A DNA stretch of 64,000 bases from Octopus sinensis (lineage: Eukaryota), in NCBI RefSeq assembly GCF_006345805.1, contig NC_043016.1, positions 11,036,001 through 11,100,000 of the forward strand, in the 5' to 3' direction. The notes under the pieces are model-generated. The model saw only the letters and a program-made list of their open reading frames with translations. It did no database searches and had not been told where the DNA came from. The number at the start of each line of letters is the position of its first letter. Positions within the stretch are counted from its first letter, which is position 1. Shown here piece after piece: positions 26,883 to 40,279 of this stretch. The translations under genes were made by a program, and so were the position numbers.

Positions 26883-27109
26883 GAGAAGATCTTACATTTC
26901 AGATCTTCTCTGCCCTGATACCAGAAGCTCATCTTATCCAATGTTAATTGCATTCATATGGCTGCATATTGTGATGATCTACATCTACCAATATTATGAT
27001 GGATCTCCAAGACCCCACAAACAGCTGTCCACCCCTTTAATTTTCTCTGTCGTTTGTGAAATTTGTGTTTTTGTGATCATGTGTATGTTGTAGTCTGCAA
27101 TTTTTTGTC

Positions 27110-27852
27110 ATGGACAGGAACAAAGAGCCAATGTGAAATTATGTGTTAAACTTAGGAAGTCTGCTACAGAGACATTGAGCATGCTGTGGCAAGCTTACAG
27201 CGATGAGGCAATGGGTCATATGCTGTGTTTTGAGTAGCACAAGTGCTTCAAAGACAGAAGAACATCCCTGGAAATTGATGAGAGTTCAATGAGCGATACG
27301 GTCTTTTATTCAAGAACTGCCACAAGTGTCACCCCCAGAATTGTGGTATTATGCATCCAGAATTTATCCCCCAAGGCCAGATCGTAAATCAAGTGTTCTA
27401 TTGTAGCATTTTGAAATGTTTGAGTAAGGACATTCAGCAAAAGCAGCCAGATCTGTGAAGCGTGAAGAATTAGATTTTTCACAACAACAATGCACCCTGT
27501 TACAAAGCTCTCTCCACTTGTGAGTTTCTCACCAAAGAACAACATGGTATCACTTCTACAGCTGCCCTATTCACCAGATTTAGACCCCGTGGATTCGCAT
27601 TTCTTCCTCAAAATCAAAATACAGCTCAAAGGTCACTGTTGTTGAGATCAAGAGCAAATCAAAGAAAGTCTTCGACTTGTTTAAGGAAAATGACTTCCAG
27701 GCCAGATTCCAAAAGTGGCAGGAACCTTAGGACAGGTGTATTGCTGTGCAAGGTGACTATTTCAAAGATGATGATGCTAAAACTTTGGTAAATAAGTTTT
27801 TTTTTTTTTATTAAACATAACTATTCCAGGAACTGTTTGATACCACCTTGTA
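27110..27852 (+). pseudogene. Internally deleted, decayed mariner transposase
   Basis: N-terminal HTH EQRANVKLCVKLRKSATETLSMLWQAYSDEAM, then EFIPQGQIVNQVFYC, HNNNAP and PYSPDL. A TIR-like end ccaggaactgtttgataccaccttgTA. Confidence 0.85.
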
Positions 27853-27908
27853 GAAGCAGTTTGTATAGGGCTCAGAGGACTAGATACAACATGGATAGTG
27901 AACCATGA

Positions 27909-28137
27909 GGCGGAGAGCTGGTAGAAACGTTAGCATGCCGGGTGAAATGCTTAGCAGTATTTCGTCTGCCGCTATGTTCTGAGTTCAAATTCCACCAAGG
28001 TCGACTTTGCCTTTCATCCCTTCGGGGTTGATTAAATAAGTACCAGTTACGCACTGGGATCGATATAATCGACTTAATCCGTTTGTCTGTCCTTGTTTGT
28101 CCTCTGTGTTTAGCCCCTTGTGGGTAGTAAAGAAACA
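27909..28137 (+). mobile_element. tRNA-type SINE (same family) with 16-bp TSD
   Basis: TSD ggatagtgaaccatga at 27893-27908 and 28138-28153. Internal gagttcaaattcc and gtcgactttgcctttcatcc..ggggttgattaaataagtaccag. Confidence 0.9.
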
Positions 28138-30888
28138 GGATAGTGAACCATGAGGTGGTGTGAAACTAGCAACCTCCAAGTAGTAGACATTATTGTAATA
28201 ACATAGAAAAAGCTGGCAGCACATCTATGGGACAGGAACTGGACTGTGTCTGTGAGAACGACTATTTACCATTTTGTTTTATCTTCTGCTTGTTAGATTC
28301 ACTGAACTTTGGCTGTGCTGAGACACTATCTTGAAAGATTTGAGTTGAAGGAATCAAACCCAGTTGTTACTTACCTTTTTAATCCTGATACTTATTTTAT
28401 TGATGGCTAATGCTGAATCACTAAGTCACAGGGACATAAACCAACACTGGTGGTCACGGGATGAGTATGGGATCAACAAAACACACACACACACACTATT
28501 ATGATGGGCTTCTTTTAGTTTCCATCTTTCAGATCCACTCACAAAGCATTGGTTTTCCCAGGTCTATAATAAAAGACATTTGCAGTGGGACTGAACCCAG
28601 AATCAGCTGGCTGGGAAGTAGACTTCTTACCACACAACCACACCTGTGCCTGTTTGTTTTACATATTTAATACTGATTTCAAATAGTGGCACAAGGCCAG
28701 CAATTTCAGGGGAGGGGCTTATTTGATTATATCAACCCCCCAGTGTTCAACTGGTAATCATTTTAGTGACTCCTGAAAGGATGAAAAGCAATGTTGCTCT
28801 TAGCATAATTTGAACTCAGAACATAAAGATGGACAAAATTCCACTAACCATTTTACTTAGAATGGTTAGGATTCTACCAGCTTTCCACCTTATATTGTAT
28901 TATAGGCAGAGGAGCACTGTTATAACATAACAGCGCTCTGTCTGTCTATAGTTGTGAACTGCACCGATTCCACTTTATATTAGTATATTGGGCACAAAGC
29001 CTACAAATACAGGAGAGGGCATAAGTCAGTTACATCGACCCCAGTGCTCAGCTGGTATTTATTTTATTGATACCCAAAAGAATGAAAGGCAAAGTCGACC
29101 TCAGTGGGAATAGAATTCAGAACATAAAGACAGATGAAATGCCACAAAGCATTTTGGCCGGTGTCCTAACGATTCTGCTGGTTCACCACTTTCTAAATTT
29201 TTTTATTCTTCTAGTCTTGTTTCAGTCATTTGACTGCGGCCATGCTGGAGCACTGCCTTTATACCGAATGAATTGACTCCAGGACATATTCTTTGTAAGC
29301 CTAGTACTTATTCTTTCGGTCTCTTTCACCGAACTGCTAAGTTACATGGACATAAACACACCAACACCGGTTGTCAAGTGATGGTGGGTGGGGGCACAAA
29401 CATAGACACACAAACATATACATAGGCTTCTTTTAGTTTCCATCTACCAAATCCACTCACAAGGCTTTGGTCGGCCCAAGGCTATAGTAGGAGACACTTG
29501 CCCAAGGTGCCACACATTGGCACTGAACCAAGAACCATGTGGTTGAAAAGCAAGCTTCTTACCACAAGCCACACTTGCACCTATGTATATTTAATATCAA
29601 ACAGGATGATCTTTAGTAAACTTATCAAAAATTTGTTTCATGTATTTGTCAGAAACTCGGTGAAAGTAAAAGTCTTCTTGTTCATATGTATGGTTTCCAA
29701 AGGAAATACTAGCAAATCTTGTGAGAGATGGAATTTGCAGAAAGCAGTACATTTACCTTGTTTAGGAATGGGTTGATTCACTACAAGGTTTCTGTCTCTT
29801 TGAAATGTATATCCCAAGTTAAGAAACCGTTGGAGAAGGTAATAAAATTGTTAAGGTAAATGTCCATGATGGATATAAGAATGTAATAATAAAAAAGAAT
29901 CTGCTTACTTTTTACGTTTCACTTGTTTCAGTCATTGGACTGTGGCCATGCTGGGGCACCTTCTTGAAGGGTTTTACTTGAACAACTCAATCCCAGTATA
30001 TCTTTTATCTTTTACTGGTTTCAATCATTAGACTGTGGCCATGCTGGGGCATTGTCTTGTGGGATTTTACTTGAACGAATTGACCTCAGTATTTATTTTT
30101 CTTTTAAAGCTTGTACCTATTCTATTAATCTCTTTTGTTGAACTGCTTAGTTATGGGGACATAGATACACAACACATTTGCACACACACGCACACAATGG
30201 GTTTCTTTCAGTTTCTATTAACCAAATCCACTCTCATGATGTTGGCTGGCCTGAGGCTGCAGTTGAAGACACCCAAGAGGACATGCAGTAGGACTTAACA
30301 CAGAACCATGTGGTTTGGAAGCAAACTTCTTACCACACAGCCATGCCTGCAACTATGCAGAAAATTTAAAGAATCTGGGATAGTATGATATGCAAATGCA
30401 AAGAAGATGTTTATAGATAACATGAGTGAGTTGTACATATTAAAAGAAAGAGAGAGAGAGAGAGTAAAGGAAAGGTAAAAGAGTCTAATGTTTGTTCTTC
30501 ATTGTGCACCCCCACTTCAAATTGATAGTTAGTATGAAAAATGAGACTCCACCAGCCAGATGTGATGGGGGTATCCTATCCCAAGTGTTTGTGATGAGCA
30601 ATGTCTGCTAGCTGTCTACTTTATTACCAAATTTACATGGCAGACTTTCTGAAGGGTAAGCCATTCACATCAAATATCTTAAAGCCGAATTAATGCTCAA
30701 TGAAGTGGTTTCTGTCAAGTTTGCTGTTGCAGTTTAGATTTCCAGTTGTTTAGTATAGAGTCAGTTGAGGTAGGATATTAGGATATCAAGGATTTTGATA
30801 ATCCTTACAATGTCTGTGACCGATATTTCAATTTTTAAAAAGGTGGCGAGCTGGCAGACCTGTTAGCATACCAGGCTAAATGCTTGAT

Positions 30889-31065
30889 ACAGTTCTATAT
30901 TTAAGAGATAAGGAATTATTTACATTATTTACATTTGACGGATATTTGTCCTCATCTTTGTTGTTAAAAGATTTCGGCTGATATACCCTCCAGCCTTCTT
31001 CAGGTGTCTTGGGGGAAATTTCGAACCTGGGTTCTCATTCCTAAGGTATTTTTTGATGTTATTAT

Positions 31066-31100
<35 letters not shown>

Positions 31101-31250
31101 AATAATAATAATAATAACAATAATAATAATAATAATAATAACAACGTCAAAAATACCTTAGGAATGAGAACCCAGGTTTGAAATTTCCCCAAGATACCTG
31201 AAGAAGGCTGAGGACAAATATCCGTTGAATGTAAATAATGTAAATAATGA
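30889..31250. mobile_element. Palindromic Penelope-derived element with a hammerhead core and 11-bp TSD
   Basis: Inverted arms at about 30917-31063 and 31140-31248 surround (CAA/TAA)n. Minus-strand ACAC-CTGAAGA-aGGCTG..CAGCC-GAAA at 30972-31007. TSD aaatgcttgat at 30878-30888 and 31251-31261, splitting a SINE. Confidence 0.75.
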
Positions 31251-31858
31251 AAATGCTTGATGGTGTTTCGTCCATCTTCATGTTCCAAGTTCAAATTCTG
31301 CCAAAATTGACTTTGCCTTTCATCCTCTCAGGGTCCATAAAATAAGGACCAGTTGGACAATGGGGTCAATTTAACCAACTTAGCTCCAGCCCAAAGCTGC
31401 TGGCCTTGTGCTAAAATTTGAAACCAATATTTTAAGTTTAAATACAAGAGAGTAATATTCGACAGCATCCAAATTCATTCTTAACTCTTAAGCATGTAAA
31501 CCGGCCATATCCAGTCCAAGTATTCTGTCCTGTTTTATACTAAAACCAGCCACATTTGGCCTCTCACACCTACCCTACAACATCACTCTAAAAATAAACC
31601 AATCATGTCATTGAATTCTTGAAGCTATGAAATCATGCAATGTTAATTCAAAAACAATGTGAATAAATAAGGATTGCATTTGACATGAATTACTTAAGTA
31701 TTACAATGTGGAAGGTGTTTATAAGCCATTTAAAAACACGCAAAAAAAAATGTTAGATTCACTTCAACATTTAGATTTAATTTGTCAAAATATTTTTGTT
31801 GCTTTGAGACCGCAACTTCTTCACTGACAATATTCTGAACTGCATCCCTGTATATATA

Positions 31859-31916
<58 letters not shown>

Positions 31917-32266
31917 TATATATATATTAGAAGGTTTGGAGATGATGTACAGATATTTTATATTAGAAGAAATGAGGTACTCAGAAATTCGGATGGTTTT
32001 AAATTTATGGATATTTATTTGTATATTACATGTTTTTATACATCATATATCATATATCATATATTAGTGCTTTTGTCCATTCTAGTGGACTTTTCAAATT
32101 GAACTAAGTTCTTGGGGAAAATTTGACCATTTTTATAGTGTTCATTTTTATAGTGTTTTATATATATATATATATATATATATTATTTGACGACAAAGCA
32201 AAAACAAGGCAAAATGGGTATCTCAAGTCATTTACAATAGTTTAATTAGGGTAAGGTGAATTTGAA

Positions 32267-32342
32267 GTCTTACAGCCATTTCTGGGATAACCCAAGTGGT
32301 TGGTTAGCATGTCCACGCATTGGGTATTCCATCATCAGAGAC
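32267..32342 (-). ncRNA. Type I hammerhead-ribozyme-like motif (Penelope type)
   Basis: Minus strand reads GTCT-CTGATGA-TGGAATACCCAA..TTGGGTTATCCCA-GAAA-TGGCT-GTA-AGAC. Stem I, core and stem II are intact and the triplet is GUA; stem III is imperfect. Confidence 0.65.
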
Positions 32343-33009
32343 AAGGTATGAATATTTTAGATGGAAAATTTACAGTTTACAAAGAATAAAATGAATCCAC
32401 ATTTACTTTAAATTTAAATTTAAATTGTCAAGATATTTTCGTTGCTTTGAGACTGCAACCTGTTCACTGACAAAATTCCATGCTGCATGGAAATTTAAAT
32501 GTTGAAGAGAATCTAACAGATTTTGTATGTTTCTTAAATGGCTTAGAAACACCTTCCATGCTGCAATTGTTATATATATATATAATAAAAGTTATAAATA
32601 ATGAGAGAAATATAGTATGATAAAATTTATTTAACCATTAGAAATTCTTATATCACAATTGTTTCACCACTTAAAACATGCAGAGATAATATAATTTATT
32701 ATATTTTATAATAGGTACATTACTTACATGTCTGCATTAATACAAACAATCTTTAAATTAATGCAGATATCAAGCTAACTCATTGGGTGAGAAAACAATA
32801 CTGTGTTTCTCTCATTATTTATAATTTAATACACTCCTCTTGTTTTTTCTTGTATCAAGCTATATATTCTATATGTCTTGTAGAATGATGATACATTAAG
32901 GAGCTATTTTTATGAGCACCACCTGATTAGTTGAATCCATATATTGTGAATTATAAACACACACACACACACACATCCCTGTTGAATCTATTTTCTGTTT
33001 CCCTCATTA

Positions 33010-33700
33010 TACATACATACATGCATACATACATACACACACACATACATACACACATACATGCATACATACATACATACATACACACATACATACACAC
33101 ATACATGCATACATACATACACACATACACACACATACATACACACATACATACATACACACGTGCACACATAAATACATACATACATACATACACACAC
33201 ATACATACATACACACACAAATACACACATACATACATACACACATACATACACACATAATACACATACATACATACATACATACATACGTACACACACA
33301 TACACACACATACATACATACATACACACATACATACATACATACATACATACATACATACACACATACATACACACATACATACACACACACATACATA
33401 CATACACACATATATACATACACACATACATACATACCTACATACATACATACAATACATACATACAATCATACATGCATACATACATTCATACATACAT
33501 ACATACATACACACATACATACATACATACATACACACATACATACATACATACACACATACATACCTACATACATACACACATACATACATGCATACAT
33601 TCATACATACATACATACATACATACATACACACATACATACATACATATGTATGTTCAAGATATACATACATACACACACATACATACATACACACATA

Positions 33701-33742
<42 letters not shown>
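33010..33742. repeat. Compound (TACA/CA)n microsatellite
   Basis: Direct reading. Confidence 0.95.
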
Positions 33743-33746
<4 letters not shown>

Positions 33747-35136
33747 TATTCTACAAGATGATACCTCCAGTATGACCTGCTACATTCCAATGATTGCAAA
33801 AAAGTAAAAGACTACGAGAGCGAAAGAAAATTGTACATTGTGTGTTCTTTAAGACGAACCTTGAGTTGCCAATCGTCTGTTATCTTAACTCTGTAACTCT
33901 ACACACTGAAGTTTGTTTATTGAAACACAGATGTCTGATTATTTCTTAACAGCATATTTCCTCTCATTTCCACAACTGTTTCTATTCCACTCTCTACCTG
34001 ACTTCACACAAAGTTCTTCTCATTTCTAGATGTTTATTTTACTTCACAGCAGGTCACCTAAACAGCTTCTTCTACAGGTTTCTTCATTAAACAATATACA
34101 TGTAACTTACCTTCCTCAAAAATTGCTACCTCTGTTAGAAATAAAACCATTATTATTAATGTATATTTATCGTTGAGCACCAACAAGAGAACAGAGACAA
34201 TAATAAACACAATATTCCTTTCAAACCGTTTTTGTCATACCTGCATAAGATATTCTTTTATTTATTTCAGCCAGTTAACTGCAGCCATACTGGAGCACTG
34301 CTTTGAGGGATTTTAGTCAAAGAAATTGACCACAGTACTTATGTTTTTAGCCAGTAGCCGGTACTTATTCTATTGGACTCTTTGGCTGAGCCAATAAATT
34401 ATTGGTTGTCAAGTGGTGATGGTGGGGGAGGGGTGGACAGATACTGACACACATATGCATATTACTAGCCACTACACATTTCCTATTTTCTCTCCTTGTT
34501 TCTTTCTGTGTTCCTTTCTGTGGAAGAGCATAGGCTCGAAACATTAAAGACTTTTTCACTTCCCGAGCGTTATACTAATACATCTGTTTACTGTCTACAC
34601 CACCTGTCTTCCTCTTTTGTATTTTTGTGAATTCTCCCCCCCTCCTATATATATATATATATATATACATGACAGGCTTCTTTAATTTTCTGTCTACCAA
34701 ATTCACTCATAAGGCTTTGGTCAGCCCAAAGCTAGAGTAGAAGACACTTGCCCAAGGTAACATGCAGTAGGTCTGAACCTGGAATCATGCGGTTGGGAAG
34801 CAAACTTCTTACCACACAGCCATACCTGCACCTGTATGGAAATTATTTTTGTTTAATCAAATGTTGTTGAAAGTAAATCAACAATTCATTTCCTTATATG
34901 GAAATGGTCCATTTGTATTTCCGTTGCTTTTGAAAAAGGCATAAATATCAAAACTACTCCATTTTCCCAACCCCCACTCATCAAATAATTCTGACACTTG
35001 TCCAAAGTGTTGCACAAGGGGCTCAGTTCCATTTTGAAACATTTTGGGCAGGTGTCTTTTGCTATAAGTAATAGGGCCACCCAATGTCTTGTAAGTAAAT
35101 TTGATGGACAGAAACGGAACAGAGCCTATTGTGCAT

Positions 35137-35175
<39 letters not shown>

Positions 35176-36121
35176 TATGTGCACATGTATGTGTGTATGT
35201 GTGTGTGCACATGTATGTGTGTGTGCACGTGTATGTGTGTGTGCACATGTATGTGTGTGTGCATGTGTATGTGTCTGTGCATGTATATGTGTGTTTGTGT
35301 GTGTGCACATGTATGTGTGTGTGCATGTGTATGTGTCTGTGCATGTATATGTGTGTTTGTGTGTATGCATATGTATGTGTGTGTATATTTGTGTGTGTGC
35401 ATATGTATGTGTGTGTATATTTGTGTGTATGTATGCATGTGTGTGTGTGTGCATGTGTGTGTGTGTATGTTCGTGCATGTGTTTGTATGTTTGTGTGTTT
35501 TATATTTGCTTTTTCTGAAACCAGCCGATGCTTTTATTTTCTGTCAACAGATAATCCACTGGTTTTGCAAATCCAAAAAATATACAGAAATAAGAAAACT
35601 CTTACATGAAAAATAAGGGCAAATGTTAGTGACAGGAAAAGCATCCAACCGTAAAATGATCTTCGATAATATAATTTTTCCAACTTCATCTTACCCATAC
35701 TATCAGGCATGTATCTATCAATAAGCTTTCGTCCTTTAGCATTCAAATTATTCCATCAAATGCAGAACTTATTTATTCTCATTACCTCACAGCTCCAAGA
35801 TTTCAATGATGTGATTGTTTATTTTTGCAGTGACATTGTAGATAGGGTGCAAGAGGCTGGATCTGATCTATTTGAACATAAAACAGGAAAACTATAAGGA
35901 CCAGGCCAGTTTAACTATTTAGCACCAACCGATCATGGCTGTTTGCCAGCCTCACCTGGCACGTAAAAAGCACCCACTACACTCACGGACTGGTTGGCGT
36001 TAGGAAGGGCATCCAGCTGTAGAAACTTTGCCAGATCAGATTGGAGCCTGGTGCAGCCTCTTGGCTTCCCAGACCCTGGTCGAACCATCCAACCCATGCT
36101 AGCATGGAAAGCGGATGTTAA

Positions 36122-36152
<31 letters not shown>

Positions 36153-36941
36153 CTTTATCAAATGTAATGCTTATTTATTCATATTTTGAGTTAATCATTC
36201 TTTATTTCATAGTTTTAAGATTTCATCGATGTGATTGTTTATTTATAGAACGACATTGTAGGGTAAGTGTAAGAGGCCAGATCTGGCTAGTTTGAACATA
36301 GAACATGTGGAATATTTATTTGAACCTGATATGGCCAGCTCAAAGATGAAAGAGTTAAGACAGTATAGTGTTTTTTTGAGGGTGTATTAGCTGTTATTTC
36401 TTGCAGATTGAACAGCTACATACAGGCATTTTTGTTGTTGTTGTTGTTACTGATACAGTCATAATTACTGCTTTTCTTGTTGTTGCTACAATTAGTGTTC
36501 ATTAATGAGGTTCTTACTGATGGTCTTGTTGTTGTTGTTGTTGTTGTATGCTACGTCAACTTTCAATACAATTCACATTAAAAATCTATTTGTATACAAT
36601 AATTACAATAACCCAATTTCAGTTAATTAAAACTCTTAATTTTTTTTTTTTGTTTTTTAAATCACAGGATTTACTAATTAAGTAAATTTTGTTCGATCGG
36701 AAACTTTTGAGAAAGTAAAGAATAAAGGGAAAATAAGTCTTTGTCATCATCATCACCATCATTATCATCACTGTCATCACCATCAACACCCCACCACCAC
36801 TACCATTTTCATCACCACCACCACCATAAACATCAACTCCCACTACCACCGCCATCAATAACAACAATAAACCAGCATCACCATCATTGTCGCCATTGTC
36901 ATAATCATGTCATCATCATCATCATCGTCATCATAATTATG

Positions 36942-36982
<41 letters not shown>

Positions 36983-37014
36983 TTCACCACCATCATCACC
37001 ATCACCATCACCAC

Positions 37015-37055
<41 letters not shown>

Positions 37056-37172
37056 CACCATCACCACCACCACCACCACCACCACCACCACCACCACCAC
37101 CAAATTATATTTAACGTTTCTATAAGTCAATACCATGTTCTTCTGTGTTTGCAGTGCACTTAAATCATGTTT

Positions 37173-37330
37173 TAAGGCTATCTCTGCAGATATTCTACAG
37201 AAATCATAGCCAGCATTGATTTTTGTTAGGACTTTTGTTTGTTTATATCTGACGTCTTAGATGCGAAACATTGTAACAAGAATCAGTGCTGGCTTTGATT
37301 TCTATAGAATATCTGTAGAGATAACCTTAA
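37173..37330. mobile_element. Small TTAA-flanked MITE with ~55-bp TIRs
   Basis: ttaa-ggctatctctgcagatattctacagaaatcatagccagcattgatt ... aatcagtgctggctttgatttctatagaatatctgtagagataacc-ttaa. GG..CC termini with TTAA would fit Kolobok-type elements (inference). Confidence 0.6.
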
Positions 37331-38493
37331 TAAGTGCCATCAATTATTGTATGTTCTACGTTGTTTCCTCGATACTTTTTGGTTATCTCACCCACATTAA
37401 AAAATCGCCATTAAAAAATTGGGTTATCTCCCCACTAAAGTATTGAGTTTGTGGCGACAAGAGATTGGATTAAAAGAGTTAGATCCTTTTGATTCAATAC
37501 TTCAACACATTGCTGACTTTTGGCCTCCTCAATAGGAATGGTAGGATTTGTTGTAAAAATGTTATTAGATTCAATAAGATGTTTCATCTTTTCCCTTTTT
37601 ATACTCTTTTACTCTTTTACTTGTTCCAGACTGTGGCCATGCTGGAGCACCATATTTAGTCAAGCAAATTAACCCCAGGACTTATTCTTTGGAAGCCTAG
37701 TACTTATTTTATCGGGCTCTTTTGTTGAACTGCTAAGTTATGGGGACGTAAACACACCAGCATCGGTTGTTAAGTGATGTTGGTGGGGACAAACACACAC
37801 AAACATATACACACACACATATATATATACATATACATATATACGATGGGCTTCTTTCAGTTTCCGCTACCTAATCCACTCACAAGGCTTTAGTCGGCCT
37901 GAGGCTATAGCAGAAGACACTTGCCCAATATGCCGTGCAGCAGGATTGAACCCAAAACCTTTGTGGTTCGTAAGCAAGCTACTTACCACACAGCCACTCC
38001 TACGCCTATATTGATTGATTGATTCTAGTTTCAGCTTATGAGCTGTGGCCATGCTGGGGCACCGCCAGTTTATTAATTTTTCATTTTTTTTTGTTTTATT
38101 GAGGGTTAAACAATTTTTTTAGTTGAAGGCGATAACCAAAAATACAGATATTTCTCGTAAAACAGGGGAAGGTAACTCAATTTTTTAATGGGAGTGAGAT
38201 GACCAAAATGTTCCGTTTCTTCGACAATGCTCACAGTCCACTATGTCGTCTTCAACACACAGATAACAGTTATTGAAGTCCAAGATACAAAATACCAAGA
38301 AAGCATGTGCCGACCATAGATGGAACACTTTGACTCATAAGTCAGTTTGATTGAGGATGTCCAGGGGTTAAAAAATAAATCTGTTCACTGAGAATCTTAC
38401 CAAAGACTTTGCAGTGTTCTTGCTCTGGAGCAAAAACCCAAATATAACCCAATCATAATTGCAACATTCTTGATTATGATCCTACATGATTAA

Positions 38494-38712
38494 CCCTTTA
38501 GTATTTAAACTGGCCATATCTGGCCGAAATATTTAATCTGTTTTGTGTTCAAACTGACCAGATCCAGGCTCTCACACCTACCCTACAATGTTATTCTACG
38601 TTAAGTAATTACACCATCAAGATCTTGAAGATATGAGATAATGCATGATTAATTCAAATCAATGGGAATCAATAGGCATTATGTTTGATAGAATAATCTG
38701 AACACTAAAGGG
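38494..38712. mobile_element. piggyBac-type MITE, family 2
   Basis: TTAA at 38490-38493 and 38713-38716. TIRs CCCTTTAGTATT / AACACTAAAGGG. Related copies at about 21543-21760, 21813-22038, 31481-31690, 35730-35915 and 36150-36358. Confidence 0.8.
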
Positions 38713-39709
38713 TTAAGGATAACTTGTTAAACAACAGCTCTGCTTGCTTAACCGATATTCTACTCAACATTAGTTCAATGGTGAAAATTCTTGCACAAAT
38801 TTATTTAAATCTAATTCATCAATCACCAGACAGAAGACTCCCTATCCTGGCATTGCTTCTTCTTCCACATCAATACCAGCAAATGTTCCATTCCGTTGCT
38901 ATTTGCTGGCTGAGTTACACAAAACAATTTGACTGCGTTAATTTCATAAATTTGTCCTTTGTTTAAAGGAGCGATAAATCTTTTTGACTGAGACAGGGAT
39001 TCTTTGTTTGGTTCTGGAGTATGAATACCATGATGGGGGATAGTAAGATGGGAAGATGGAATGACCGAAAGATGGGAAGTATTAAAGACTGGGAATGCAA
39101 CCATCTCATTTCCTACGTTTGTTGATACCAATCCATCTGAGACCACCCTTGGTTCTATGCTACAAACTTACTGTTCCAGAGTGAAGTAATTTTAATTCGT
39201 CCATCAAAATTTCATATTAATTTATGCTCTAAGCACAAATCTTTGGTTGGCCTGAAGCTAGAGTAGAAGACACTTGCCCAAGGTACCCTGCAGTGGGACT
39301 GAACCTGGAACCATATGGTTGGGAAGCAAGCTTCTTAACCATACACCTACCTCTACACCTGGAATTTTTTTTGTCATCTCATACTTTCATTATCAATATT
39401 TACTATTTTTTGCCAGGTGGTGGGTAACCAGTGAGGTTTTGGGGGTTGGAATTTATCAAAGTGGCAACCTCTGGACTAAACAGTAACATTATGTCCTTCG
39501 GGTTTTTTCCCTTTATTTAATGGTCATTCAAATAGCTCTTTTGTTTTAATAGCGGTCATTTACATAGTAATTTTCCTTTGTTTAATGGTCTTTTCATAGT
39601 ATTTTTGTTTGTCTTAATAACTGATGAGATGCCAGAGCAGATTTCCACCCCGACATCTGAAACTCAGAGTTTTATTATGGCAACCGAATAATGTCACATA
39701 TTATATTAC

Positions 39710-39762
<53 letters not shown>

Positions 39763-40279
39763 TTTGAGGGAATATTATTCCTAACTTACAGGGAAAATTC
39801 AATTTAGAAATACTAAATCAAATTTCACACAAATATAATATATATATATAAAAATTAGAAAAAAACCCCGCCTTTTTAGTTAACTGAATTGACTCTGGTA
39901 CTTATTCTATCAATCGTTTTTGCCGAATTAATATATATATAGGCAAGAATGGAGAACAAATTTCAAAAGTCAAATCCCTTTATCAAATTAAATCACTTTG
40001 CATCATCGACATATTAATATACAGTATCAATTCAAATACAAACACACAAATTAAGAAAACATAGAATATGTAAATGTACCTGCATTAAAACATTTGGTGT
40101 TAAGCATTCAAATTATAAATATATGTGTTTGTGTTTGTTTGTCCCTCATTACCGCTTAACAACTGGTGCTGGTTTGTATGTGTCCGTGACTTAGTAGTTC
40201 AGCAAAAGAGACTGATAGAATAAGTACCAGGCTTTGAAAATAAGTACCAGGGTCAATTCAGTTAACTAAAAAGATTCCC

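Noticed and set aside
32931-35616. Long Cys/Val/Tyr/Met and His/Thr ORFs
   Set aside because: Products of (TACA)n and (TG)n microsatellites.
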